This document shows positions 39,449 through 50,035 of a DNA stretch of 64,000 bases, in pieces (the stretch's first letter is position 1; each line of letters opens with the position of its first letter). A program made the position numbers and the translations under genes. Under the pieces are notes generated by a model. The model saw only the letters and a program-made list of their open reading frames with translations, did not search any database and was not told the origin of the DNA. The DNA is taken from the NCBI RefSeq assembly GCF_006345805.1, contig NC_043003.1, positions 4,092,001-4,156,000 of the forward strand. Direction: 5' to 3'. The stretch comes from Octopus sinensis (taxonomy: Eukaryota).

Positions 39449-39869
39449 CTGCAGAGGCCACTATCTATCATTATCCATGAATGAAATATTTTCGTGTGAA
39501 GAATTCTGCGAAAATATTTAAAGAAAACAATTGAACAAAGCAATGTTGATAGTTTCATGAGAGAAAAAGGTGTTTGAGGGGAAGGGCAGTTGAAGAATGT
39601 TATAGACGCATGTTATTTGTTAAATCAAACACACACAGTTGATAAATCACTTCTATCATTTGCAGTTAAACTATTATACGCGTTCCCATGCGTTGTCCCT
39701 ACAGACATTAATATATACACGCACTCGTTATATACTGTATATGTTCCAGCTCCCGTTTCTGTGTTTTAATTTTCCCACTTGTATGTCTGGGCAACTTACT
39801 GCTAATTCACATTCACGCACGGAGCTTGCTTACCAACCCCATAGTTCCGGGTTCAGTCCCACTGAATGT

Positions 39870-40921
39870 GGCCAATTCCTTTTTCAGAAAGGAAAGTTTT
39901 CATATCTTTTACGCGATGAGTACTAGCCGAATCCCAGATCAAAAGACCTCTTTGAGAACCACGTAAAACAAGTGGCATAGTTAAATCAACCCATTTCCTT
40001 ATAACAGTTTGTGTGCACCAAACCATTTCCGTTTCAAGGTCATAAATGCCCGAAACTCGTTCTATTTTCTCTTCTTTGCCCTTGTGATGTTAAGCGGTGG
40101 GAATTTTGTTCCATGAAGACGAATTGCCAAAATACAAGTAACTCTCGCACTTTCGAAACCCGTCGAGGCAACGACGATTGACGAGGCACCTGTCTGTTCA
40201 AATGTCGTTTTAGACATAAATACTGTAGTCTTATCCGAAGCAATTATATATATTTAGAAAAGTCGATGTCATCAACTAAAGACGTGAATGCAAGTTCACA
40301 TTGAATCACTTTCAGCTTGAACAGTGTCGTCGATCTTCTTAGAGAGAGAACTCAAATCATCGAAGGAAGTTATCCAACCAATGAGGTGATGCTTTGGATA
40401 TCTTTGGGGCTATATCCAACTGTAGTGCCATTGCAAGAGCAAATTCTTGAAGATCAGCCATGCGTATAACCAAAGCCTTTGTTCTTCTGTCAGTGATCCA
40501 TCCCGAGGTGATATCTTCCAGCTCCGAAAATATGGTTGTCGACCTGATCCACACATGCACTTCTTAGCACTTCTTTCGTCAGTTGAGATTATTGTACTCT
40601 ACTCGCCATTTTCGAACTATTCAGAGATTCATCTTCTCCTTACAGAAAGCTGTAAGACTCTTCCACAATTCCTTTCTAGTACTCCGCGGAATAATTCTTT
40701 CTTTTTGCACTCATTTTTCCTGGGGGAGAAGGGAGTTAACTCCGTGCATGCGCGCTTAGCGCAGACTTGAGCCAAGCTGCGGTAATTGGTTTATTTTGCA
40801 AACATCACATGGTCTTGCTAACAAGGTGATGCATTTTTAAGTAGGTCATATTTTCGGGGTAGGGCTTATATTCAAAACATCTTGAAAAATCATGGTAGGG
40901 ATTATTTTCGAGGAAACACGG
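39870..40921 (-). pseudogene. pogo-like DNA transposon, 5' half with TIR and disrupted transposase
   Basis: TA|CCGTGTTTCCTCGAAAATAAT TIR at 40901-40921. Minus-strand frames: ELEDITSGWITDRR...KASPHWLDNFLR (HTH), ASDKTTVFM...STGFESARVTCILAI, and GLLIWDSASTHR (second D). Cut off by a SINE-head fragment at about 39870. Confidence 0.85.
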
Positions 40922-40926
40922 TATAA

Positions 40927-41261
40927 AGACCTCCTTCAGTCATGAATGACCATGGGGTTGCCCCTAGAAAGTTACCCTCCGAGGCACAAGTCCGGGCAAG
41001 GTTGCTTATGGAAGACCAGCAGTCATCCATACATACCAGTTCCCCCTCTCCACACCACTGGTGTTATCCAAGGGAAAGGCAAAGGTCAATACAGCTTGAC
41101 ACCAGTGACATCACAACTCATTTCTACAGCTGAGTGAACTGGAGCAAACGTGAAAATAAAGCGTCTTGTTCAAGAGCAAAACATACAGTCCAATCCTGAA
41201 ATCGAACTTACTACCTCATGATTGTGAGTCCGACGCTCTAACCATCGAGCCATGCGCCTTC
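40927..41261 (-). mobile_element. tRNA-derived SINE, family C
   Basis: Minus strand: GAAGGCGCATGGCTCGATGGTTAGAGCG, GTTCGATTTC B-box, TTGCTCCAGTTCACTCAGCTG. A related diverged copy lies at 48058-48390. Confidence 0.75.
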
Positions 41262-41610
41262 GTACTGTGGATAAGTAGAATGCTGCTAATGTAAATTCTA
41301 AGGAGGGGAGGAGGAAACTATGACCACACCATCTGGTTCTCCATTGGGGTCGTTGTAAAGGCACCTCGGTTGTACACAATATGAATAAAGTGTTTTTGTT
41401 TTGATAAGTTTGTGAGGTGAGGGGCGGTTTTATATTTAATATATGCTTTTGTCTGCAAATACAATTCTCCAGAACTTTCAACACGCATATGTATGTCTCG
41501 TTTAAAATAAAGCATCTCCAGACCTACATTGAACTACTGAGACGTGTAAATGTACTTCACGAGGACACAGCTTGGTTTATGACCCTCTCTGTACTCTATC
41601 TATCTATCTA

Positions 41611-41649
<39 letters not shown>

Positions 41650-42235
41650 TATACACATTTACAGGCGTGTACATACATGTGAGCGCGCACACGCTCGCAT
41701 ATGGGTGTATATACACATAAACATACAGATAAATACATATGCATTAGTGTATATTTGCATACATATAAACACATTTATCATTCCTTTTCAATATTTAACT
41801 TCTGACAACGAAGGATGGGCCCGTAAACAAAAAAACATAACAACAACAGCAACAACAATAATAAGCGCCGGTACGCATTCATCCTTTCAATAGAACGGGT
41901 TACTGGAGTGAGGGGATGTACAGATATGTAGTTAGATAAAAAACGATGGGTGGGGCGAATATATACATAAATATGTATGTATAAAAACATAGAAAGAGTC
42001 TGATATAAATACATACATACAAGACGCCAATATATAAACGTACGCAAACAAATATATGAAAAGGAAATAGGAACAAAAACAAGACAGCCACACATCGATG
42101 TTAAGTCATCCGCTTGGGTGAATTCAGACACCCACGGTTGCGACCACTCGTGTTGTATTCTAAGCTGGTGGATGTAAAAGTATCTCTCATTATACATACA
42201 TACATATATATGTATATATTTTTTAAATTTTAAAT

Positions 42236-42620
42236 TTTATTTTATTTGTTTCAGTCCTTTGACTGCGGCCATGCTGGAGCACCGCCTTTAGTCGAGCAAA
42301 TCGACCCCGGGACTTATTCTTTGTAAGCCCAGTACCTATTCTATCGGTCTCTTTTGCCGAACCGCTAAGTGACGGGGACGTAAACACACCAGCATCGTTG
42401 TCAAGCAATGCTAGGGGAACAAACACAGACACACAAACACACACACACACACACACATACATATACATATATATACATATATACGACAGGCTTCTTTGAG
42501 TTTCTGTCTACCAAATCCACTCACAAGGCATTGGTCGGCCCGGGGCTATAGCAGAAGACACTTGCCCAAGATGTCACGCAGTGGTACTGAACCCGGACAC
42601 ATGTGGTTGGTTAGCAACTC
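42236..42620 (-). mobile_element. Family B SINE
   Basis: Near-colinear with 26812-27198. Confidence 0.92.
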
Positions 42621-42639
42621 CTATATATATATATGCTAG

Positions 42640-42779
42640 CTGACTCTGTGCCATAAAAAATGACGGCTAATTGTAGTATTTTAGATATAAACTAGAAGTC
42701 GAGACCTGCGTAATCTAGACGGCGTTTTAAAATTTCATTATTTTCTTTAACGCGGGCAACGCCGAGTATTTCTGCTAGT
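42640..42779 (+). mobile_element. Helitron-like 3' terminal fragment
   Basis: Ends CGGGCAACGCCGAGTATTTCTGCTAG|T, the same terminus style as the 25453 and 25949 copies. Confidence 0.6.
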
Positions 42780-42780
42780 A

Positions 42781-43425
42781 AAATATATTTGAAGAAATTT
42801 TGGTGATTCATTTGACAGAGGTAGAAGAGAGTGAGCCAATCCGATGATAAATCTGACCCTGTATCTTGAAAGTTTGCATGAATCCTGGTTCAGTTAAATC
42901 TCTTGTGGCTCCAAATGATGTCATCTGTAGTGCAGTGTTGTATTGTCTAATTTTGTTTTGGAACTATTTGGAATCTTGGTCAATTGATGACAACAGTTTC
43001 TTCAATGGCTTTGGAGGTTGGGGAATTGCTGGGAGTTTAACCTTTCTACCACTGCAGCACAGTGCAGGTGTCTCTCTAGGCCATTTCCTTGCTGTACAAT
43101 GTATGCATTCACTTGTCATTGCACCAATGGAAACGCGAATGTCATCTGCACAATGAACTGCAGGATCATAATTGAAAGCTGCTTCACAGAAGTTGCTTCC
43201 CTGACCTGTTGCAACTGCTCTTCGTTCTGCAGTGGAGGTCCTATTCCTTGTCAGCCGTGCATACCTTTGTTTATCCCTTTGAGATGCTCTGACTTTTGTA
43301 GTGCACAGTCCCTTCGTTTATTGATATGCTTCTCTTTCTGCACCTGTCTCTCTTTCCCCGGATAGCGACATTCTTTTGGCTCACCTTGATAGTGTAGACA
43401 AATTTGACACTTTCTTTCTAGGCAT
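42781..43425 (-). pseudogene. Helitron Rep/helicase (RepHel) N-terminal coding remnant
   Basis: One minus-strand frame from ATG 43425: MPRKKVS...IGAMTSECIHCTARKWPRETPALCCSGRKVKLPAIPQPPKPLKKLL...*FQNKIRQYNTALQMTSFGA...TFKIQGQIYHRIGSL, then PKFLQIYF after a frameshift. These are classic Helitron motifs; 3 in-frame stops. Confidence 0.88.
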
Positions 43426-43867
43426 GGTTATAAGCGTATACAGAAATACACGGATGCAGAAGATAGTCAGCAATGAAAATAACTGGGTAAGGGAAATTAT
43501 ATTTCTTAATAAGACGGGTAGAAAGTAAATAAGAAATTTTTACGGAAAATAAAGAATTGTACGGGTTGAAACAAAATTTGTCTCTCAGTGAACCAAAGAG
43601 CCGGCATAGAAGGAACCAGAATAAAACCGGCAGTAACAGAAAAACACAAAACCGTACGGATTGAAGTGAAATTTATGAAGATACTTCTGTCAGTAAATCA
43701 TGAAATTACTTACATCAGTAATTGTGAATTTCTTTCTGTCAGTAATTTATCGTCGTTTGTTTGTAAATAGCGATTGAAAACTTAAACTTACAGTGAAAAC
43801 AATAACGATTGAAGTTAATGTGAAAAAAAAGAACCATGGCGTCTGAAGATTGAAAGAGAAAACAATA

Positions 43868-44120
43868 GAGAGTGAGAGAGAGTGAGAGAGAGAGTGAGAG
43901 AGAGAGAGAAAGGGGGAGAGAGAGAAAGGGAGAGAGAGAAAGGGAGAGAGAGTGAGAGAGAGAGAAAGGGGTGAGAGAAAGGGAGAGAGAGTGAGAGAGA
44001 AAGGGAGAGAGAGAGAAAGGAAGGGAGAGAGAGAGAGAGAAAGGGAGAGAGAGAGAGAGAGATGGACAGAGAGATGTATTACAGAGAGATAGAGATAGAA
44101 AGAGAGAGATAGACTGAGAG
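43868..44120. repeat. GA-rich polypurine microsatellite
   Basis: (GA)n mixed with GAGT and AAGG variants. Confidence 0.95.
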
Positions 44121-44354
44121 AAATAGGTAGAGAGATATGTTACCTCACTGGCGCTAGAAAATCCGGAAGCAAATATTTTAAAAACTTTAAAAGACGTGAA
44201 TCTAATTAAAAAGCAATATTTTTCATTATTTTTAATTTAAAAAATCGAATGAAGAGCCTATTATTTGTCCGAGGTCAAATTATTCATGCATCACAAGTAT
44301 GGAAGCCATTTTCGCGAGAGAAATAAATACACTCACATCTTTGTTTTATATATT

Positions 44355-44695
44355 ACTATGACCTGGCAACGCCGGGTCGTAGTGCTAGTGCATGAATGTA
44401 CAGCTGCGTGCGTGCGCACATACACGCGAGTACTGTCCAAATCACCGACCAGTCACATACAGCTAGCTGGCATTCAATTGGCGTATCAAGTTTCGGGCAT
44501 TTTAATTGGGTTTTGGTTAGAAAATTCACAAAAAAAGTAACTTCTATTGAGTTTTTAATAGCTTTGCAGGGTGACTGGAGAAATATAAAGATGTGCACGA
44601 TCACCCGTGGGTAAATTTGAATGACCATAGAAAGTCTGAGCCCTCTAACTAAAAAATTGTGGATTTGTATAAAGGACACACACACACATCTATAT
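44355..44695 (-). mobile_element. Non-autonomous Helitron-like element with a terminal hairpin
   Basis: Reverse complement of 4760-5075; 13-bp stem ACTATGACCTGGC-AAC-GCCGGGTCGTAGT at 44355-44383 next to GCTAG. Confidence 0.65.
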
Positions 44696-45854
44696 TACAT
44701 TAGAACTAGGTATGGAAGTTAAGCTGTATGACACGAAAAGTAAGGTTTCTTGCCGAGGCTGGAAAGTAATATTGAATAAAAAAAACCATATTCTTCTTGG
44801 TGTTTTTATTTGGTTTGTAAGAATTTTGATGTGAGTTCGTGTGTTGAAACAAATCTTGTTGCATCTTGGTGGGGTCATTAAGCCAATGATAATCAACACA
44901 CGCACCTGTCCAATATCACTTCTTATTGTTCATCAATCGGTTGAATATCTAACTAACTAACCGATCGTCTATTTAACGTGTTGGTTAACGAAAATCAATT
45001 TGCTGTTTGTTCGTCAAAGTCCTTTCGTCACTATTCTCCACCTCACCCATGACACACCCGCTCTTTGCAAGATCGCGTTTTTTCCCCCCTGTCTACTTCG
45101 TCCGGAGCTGTGTTTGTTTTTTTTTTCCACTCGTTTACTGTACTATGTTTTGTTGGTGTACTACTATCAACTCTTTTGTCGATCCGTCATTGTAACGTAA
45201 TACTTAGGGAAGTCGATAGTAAAACAACTTATGTCATATCTGATAATGGAATCTTCATGACTGTGCTATTTTCGTTTCGATATCATACACGAATAAGTGT
45301 AAAAGTTTAGGACCATAAATGGAAATATAAATGTCGTAGTAAACTTTTATTCATTAAGTTATGTTTCACAACACTTTGAACATTCAACTTGTAAATAATA
45401 TTTTACTACACCTGCCAATATTCTTTTGTTATTGTTGTTGTTTCGCCTCAGGTTACACGTGATCCGACGCACACTCGATCAAGCATTTGTCAGCCGTGAC
45501 GAAGCCTCTTTGTGTGGTGTATAAGTCGGCTTTAATTCAGACGGAGATAATGTCATTTGAGTGAGGTTTGGTTGCTATTTCTAACGCATCAAGCGACCGC
45601 GTAGGGTTTCCCCTAGTGGCTCGATCTACATTTACATTGCTGATAATTCAGTTGACTGAACAACCGAATCCTCGTCGCCAAACGACGGAGATCCATCACC
45701 ACCACCACCACCACCACTGCCGCCATTTCATTAGCATATTGGCAACTTCGCTGATGAAGTCATAAAAAGTTTAAAACTTGTCTTGAGTTAGAAAATGACT
45801 ATTTTTAAATCTCACAACGTGAGATATTCAGTAACAGTATTTTGGAGTAAAGTT

Positions 45855-45947
45855 TGTTTGCCAACATGACATGGCAGTCCTCGTTTAGGAATAACGTTGC
45901 TGTAATTTAGCCCCAGGAGACTATAGGTCACGATCTGTGTCCTTATA

Positions 45948-45978
<31 letters not shown>

Positions 45979-46260
45979 TAAACAAGGGCATTTAGCACCC
46001 CAACTCAGCTGGAGACAATATCTGTGTATCGCGATTTCCGAGTTATCTCCCCTCATTATTCTGTGCTAAGGAAGAGAAATAACCCGGAAATCGCGATACA
46101 CAGATATCGTTTTGAGCTGAGTGGGGGATGCTAGATTCCCTTGTTTGAAAATATAAGGACACAGATCGTGTCGTATAACCAGCTGGAGACGATGTCTCCG
46201 GGGGCTAAATAACAGCAACATTCGTCCTAAACCAGGACTGCCATGTTATGTTGACAAACA
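45855..46260. mobile_element. 406-bp foldback element (nested inverted repeats)
   Basis: Outer arms TGTTTGCCAACATGACATGGCAGTCC / GGACTGCCATGTTATGTTGACAAACA; inner arms CACGATCTGTGTCCTTATAT / ATATAAGGACACAGATCGTG; core ATATCTGTGTATCGCGATTTCCG / CGGAAATCGCGATACACAGATAT. Confidence 0.9.
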
Positions 46261-46285
46261 ATCTTTACTACATTGTCTTGAGTTG

Positions 46286-46317
<32 letters not shown>

Positions 46318-46395
46318 CATACATACATACATACACACTAACATGCAAACATACATACATACATACATACATACATACATACATACATACATACA

Positions 46396-46426
<31 letters not shown>

Positions 46427-47424
46427 TGGTGTAGCGATCTAATCCGATTAATTGCATTTTGTTAAAGACACTCCACCATGAGCCACAAGAAAATTCCACC
46501 TTTAGAATAGAAATGGTCCTTCTAGCTTTCGACCCACAAATCTCTGCGACTCGGCCGTCGTAGAAGACATTTCTTTTAAGTTGCTACGTAGTGAGGTCGA
46601 ACCTGAAACCATAGGGTTTTGAGGCGAGCGCTTTAACGATACTGTCACATTGCCTGCCTGCGTCACGGTTCGCAGGAATCATGAACATCACAATTTTACC
46701 CGCCTTCCTTTGAACTTTTCAATCTGTTAACTGGTCCCTATAAACTCACACCTCCCCCCAAACGGTCATCTTTGTCTCCGTCACATCCCCACTCCGCCCA
46801 TACTCCTGGTTACTCCTCTCGGTAAAAAAAAATCAAAGCAACCCCCCACCCCGAATACAGTATAAACAAAGTAATATTCAATAATAAGCAGAAGGGGCCG
46901 GTGGGGATTGTTGTTACTTTGGTCGGATGAGATAAGATAGAAGAGGAGGTGATCACACACACACACACCACACACACACACACACACATTAGGGCTCTGT
47001 GATCAAGTTCAGTCTTAAGTGATTTCATCTTTTGAAACCGTTCAAAGCACGAAAAATTATTCCATTCCTTTTGTTTCAGTCTTTTCCCCTTTCCACCCCG
47101 CCTCCCCACCCGCTCCGCCACTAGTTTCTATTCAACAAGTTGGTCCATTGTATCAACGGCGATTTTATTTGATTTGCATGGAAACTGGGCGTGGTTGTCA
47201 ACCGTGTAAACGAAGCACAATAGCAAATCTCGGTGCTTTCAGAAGGCCTTTCTCTGTTTACTGCGGAGAGGAGCTTTACTCAGTTTATAGTCGCTGTGAA
47301 ACGACTATTCCAATAAAAGGCCTTTAGAGATTCTATGCTCATACAGAGCATGATCAAAACCATTCCGACCATGGTCATCCTGTCCTTGGTCAAAGTATAC
47401 CCAGGACTCCATTTTCTAATGTGC

Positions 47425-47770
47425 TCATTCTTATTGCTGTGTGGAAAAGCAGTTCTCTGCGCAGCTAATTGATTTTGGCGTCAATTCCACCGAGCATCAC
47501 TTTGATAAGATATCGGTCAGACGGAAACTGAAAGAAACCTGTCGTATGTGTGTGTGTGTGTGTGTGTGTTTGAATGTTTATCCTTCCCGCCACTTGACAA
47601 CCGGCGCTTGTGTGTTTACATCCCCGTAATCCAGCGGTACAATAAAAGACACCGATAAAATGAGCACCAAACTTTAACAAAAAAAAAACGTTAAGTACTG
47701 GGGTCGATTCGTTCGACTAAAATGCTTCAAGGCGGTGCTCCAGCATGGCCACAACCCAACGATTGAAAAA
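47425..47770 (+). mobile_element. Diverged family B SINE
   Basis: GACGGAAACTGAAAGAAACCTGTCG, CTTGACAACCGG, GGCGGTGCTCCAGCATGGCC. Confidence 0.8.
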
Positions 47771-48057
47771 AAAAATAAAGATAGATGAGTGACTGGGGGG
47801 GGGGTCATTGAACTCCCTAAAACGGTGAAATGAAAGAGTGAATGATAACAGTTGTGATTTCATTCTGCTTCTTTCGAGCAAAGTCGAATTCTGGTCTTAA
47901 GATCGTAACAAGGTTCCCATCCTTACAGCTTTGAATGAATGCCTATTATGCTTCTAATATCCTTGGGAAAGGAATGATTGCTACCACTTCACATGTAGAC
48001 ATGTGCATCTAAATTTAACTCTAGAGTAGTGAGCTCTACACAGTTCATTGTAGAAGG

Positions 48058-48390
48058 GTGTATAAGTGGTACTCCGTCGGTTACGACCACGAGTATTTCA
48101 GTTGATTCGATGAACGCAGCAGCCTGCTCGTGAAATTAAGGAGCAAATGGCTGAGCCCTTCACAGACATGGTGTATCCTGAAATTAGTTCTGAGGGAGAT
48201 TTAGCGTGACACAGAAAGTGACAAAACGGGCCCATTTGCATTAGGGGTACAATTCCCTTTTCAAGCTGAATGAACCGAAGCAACGTGAAATGTAGCGTTT
48301 TGCTTCTGGACGCAACCGCGCTGCTGGGCTTCGAACTCACGACATTGTCACTGTGAACCAAATATCCTAACTACTAAGCCACACACCTTC
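48058..48390 (-). mobile_element. Diverged family C-like SINE
   Basis: CAAGCTGAATGAACCGAAGCAACGTGAAAT...TTCGAACTC...CCTAACTACTAAGCCACAC. Confidence 0.6.
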
Positions 48391-48832
48391 ACATAAAGAT
48401 ATATTAAGTGTTCAGTGACCAAAGGAAACTGAAACGAATCTTTTATTCATTTGAACAACAGACGAGATTCACATGAAAACATCCATGGTAGTCAATACTG
48501 GAATCGCATCACTTTTGTTGTTGCTGTTGTTTCGTCATAAATTTATGGGCGAGCAAGATTATCAAAGACATTTCAACCGTGACCATCCACAATATTATCT
48601 GATTTGTTGTTGTTGCTAGTGGTGTTGCTGCCTGACGCCACTTAGTCACGGGCTAAACAACAACACATCGGTAAGATGTAATCTGAGGGAGATTTGGCTG
48701 CTTTTACTAGCAGTTTCAGTGATTGTATAAGGAGTAGTCAGTGTCTACCGGGGATCGTCAGTGTAGGAAGGACATTCGCACAGTACCCAATATCAGATTA
48801 CATTTTATGCCAATAGATTTACATATATATGG

Positions 48833-48877
<45 letters not shown>

Positions 48878-49180
48878 CTCCCGTTGATATATCTGCACAC
48901 ATAAGATCCTAGAAATATCTCTAAATACATACATAACAGATAACATTTTGTTGTGGAAGAATTCTAACCATCACTCAAGTGAGTAAAAGATAGAGTGACT
49001 CACTGTTATTAATTAAAGAACTGTGAGCGATTGACAGTTCGTGTTGGTAGCAGTTCACTGTGAGCCTTTGGCATAGAACGTTGAGTCTCGTGTAATAGTA
49101 GTGCAACGTTATATTATATATCCAATGCAAGGATATAGAACATTTCTACATATATACACAACCAATGATATATATATATA

Positions 49181-49585
49181 TTGGACTCGCGGTTGTAGGA
49201 TCGCGGTTTCGATTCCCAGACCGGGCGTTGTGAGTGTTTATTGAGCGAAAACACCCAAAGCTCCACGAGTCTCCGGCAAAGGGTGGTGGCGATCCCTGCT
49301 GTACTCTTTCGCCACAACTTGTGAGTGGATTTGGTAGACGGAAACTGAAAGAAGCCCGTCGTATATATGTATGTGTGTGTGCGTTTATGTGTTTGTGTTT
49401 GTCCCCCCAACATCGCTTGACAACCGATGCTGTTGTGTTTACGTCTCGTAACTTAGCGGTTCGGCAAAAGAGAACGATAGAATAAGTACTCGGCTTATAA
49501 AGAATAAGTCCTGGGGTCTATTTGCTCGACTAAAGGCGATGCTTCAGCATGGCCGCAGTCAAATAACTGAAACAAGTAAACGAGA
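49181..49585 (+). mobile_element. Chimeric SINE: family C-like head plus family B body
   Basis: GGTTTCGATTCCCAGACC head; switches at about 49320 to TTGTGAGTGGATTTGGTAGACGGAAACTGAAAGAAGCCCG. Confidence 0.75.
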
Positions 49586-49619
49586 AACGAGAACGCGAAT
49601 ATATATATATATATATAAG

Positions 49620-49820
49620 GTTAATCCAAACGGGAAAACAGAAAAAACGACAACACGTGGAACAATTACAGTACTATTATTATTAGGCGCTCAGGAAAAT
49701 GGAAGAAGGAGGGTATGACGTTTCGAGCGGAGCTCTTCGTCGGAAACATAGGAGAACGAAAGATCCCGAGACGGGAGGACAGAGGAAAAAAAATTGCAGG
49801 TAGTCTTCACGAGGTCACAT
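49620..49820 (-). mobile_element. Hammerhead-like repeat, subfamily 2
   Basis: Minus strand 49713-49747: GTTT-CCGACGA-A-GAGC-TCC-GCTC-GAAAC-GTC-ATAC. Colinear with 18770-18975. Confidence 0.6.
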
Positions 49821-49924
49821 ACTGAAAAGACGGAAGTTGTAAAAAAGGAGGAAAATGTTTTTTAAAAACAGGAGAGCTGAATCAAAGAGGGAATGGTAAA
49901 AAAGGTGTGCGAGAAAACGAGGGT

Positions 49925-49957
49925 GTGTGTATGTGTGTGTGCGCGCGCGCGCGGCGC

Positions 49958-50035
<78 letters not shown>

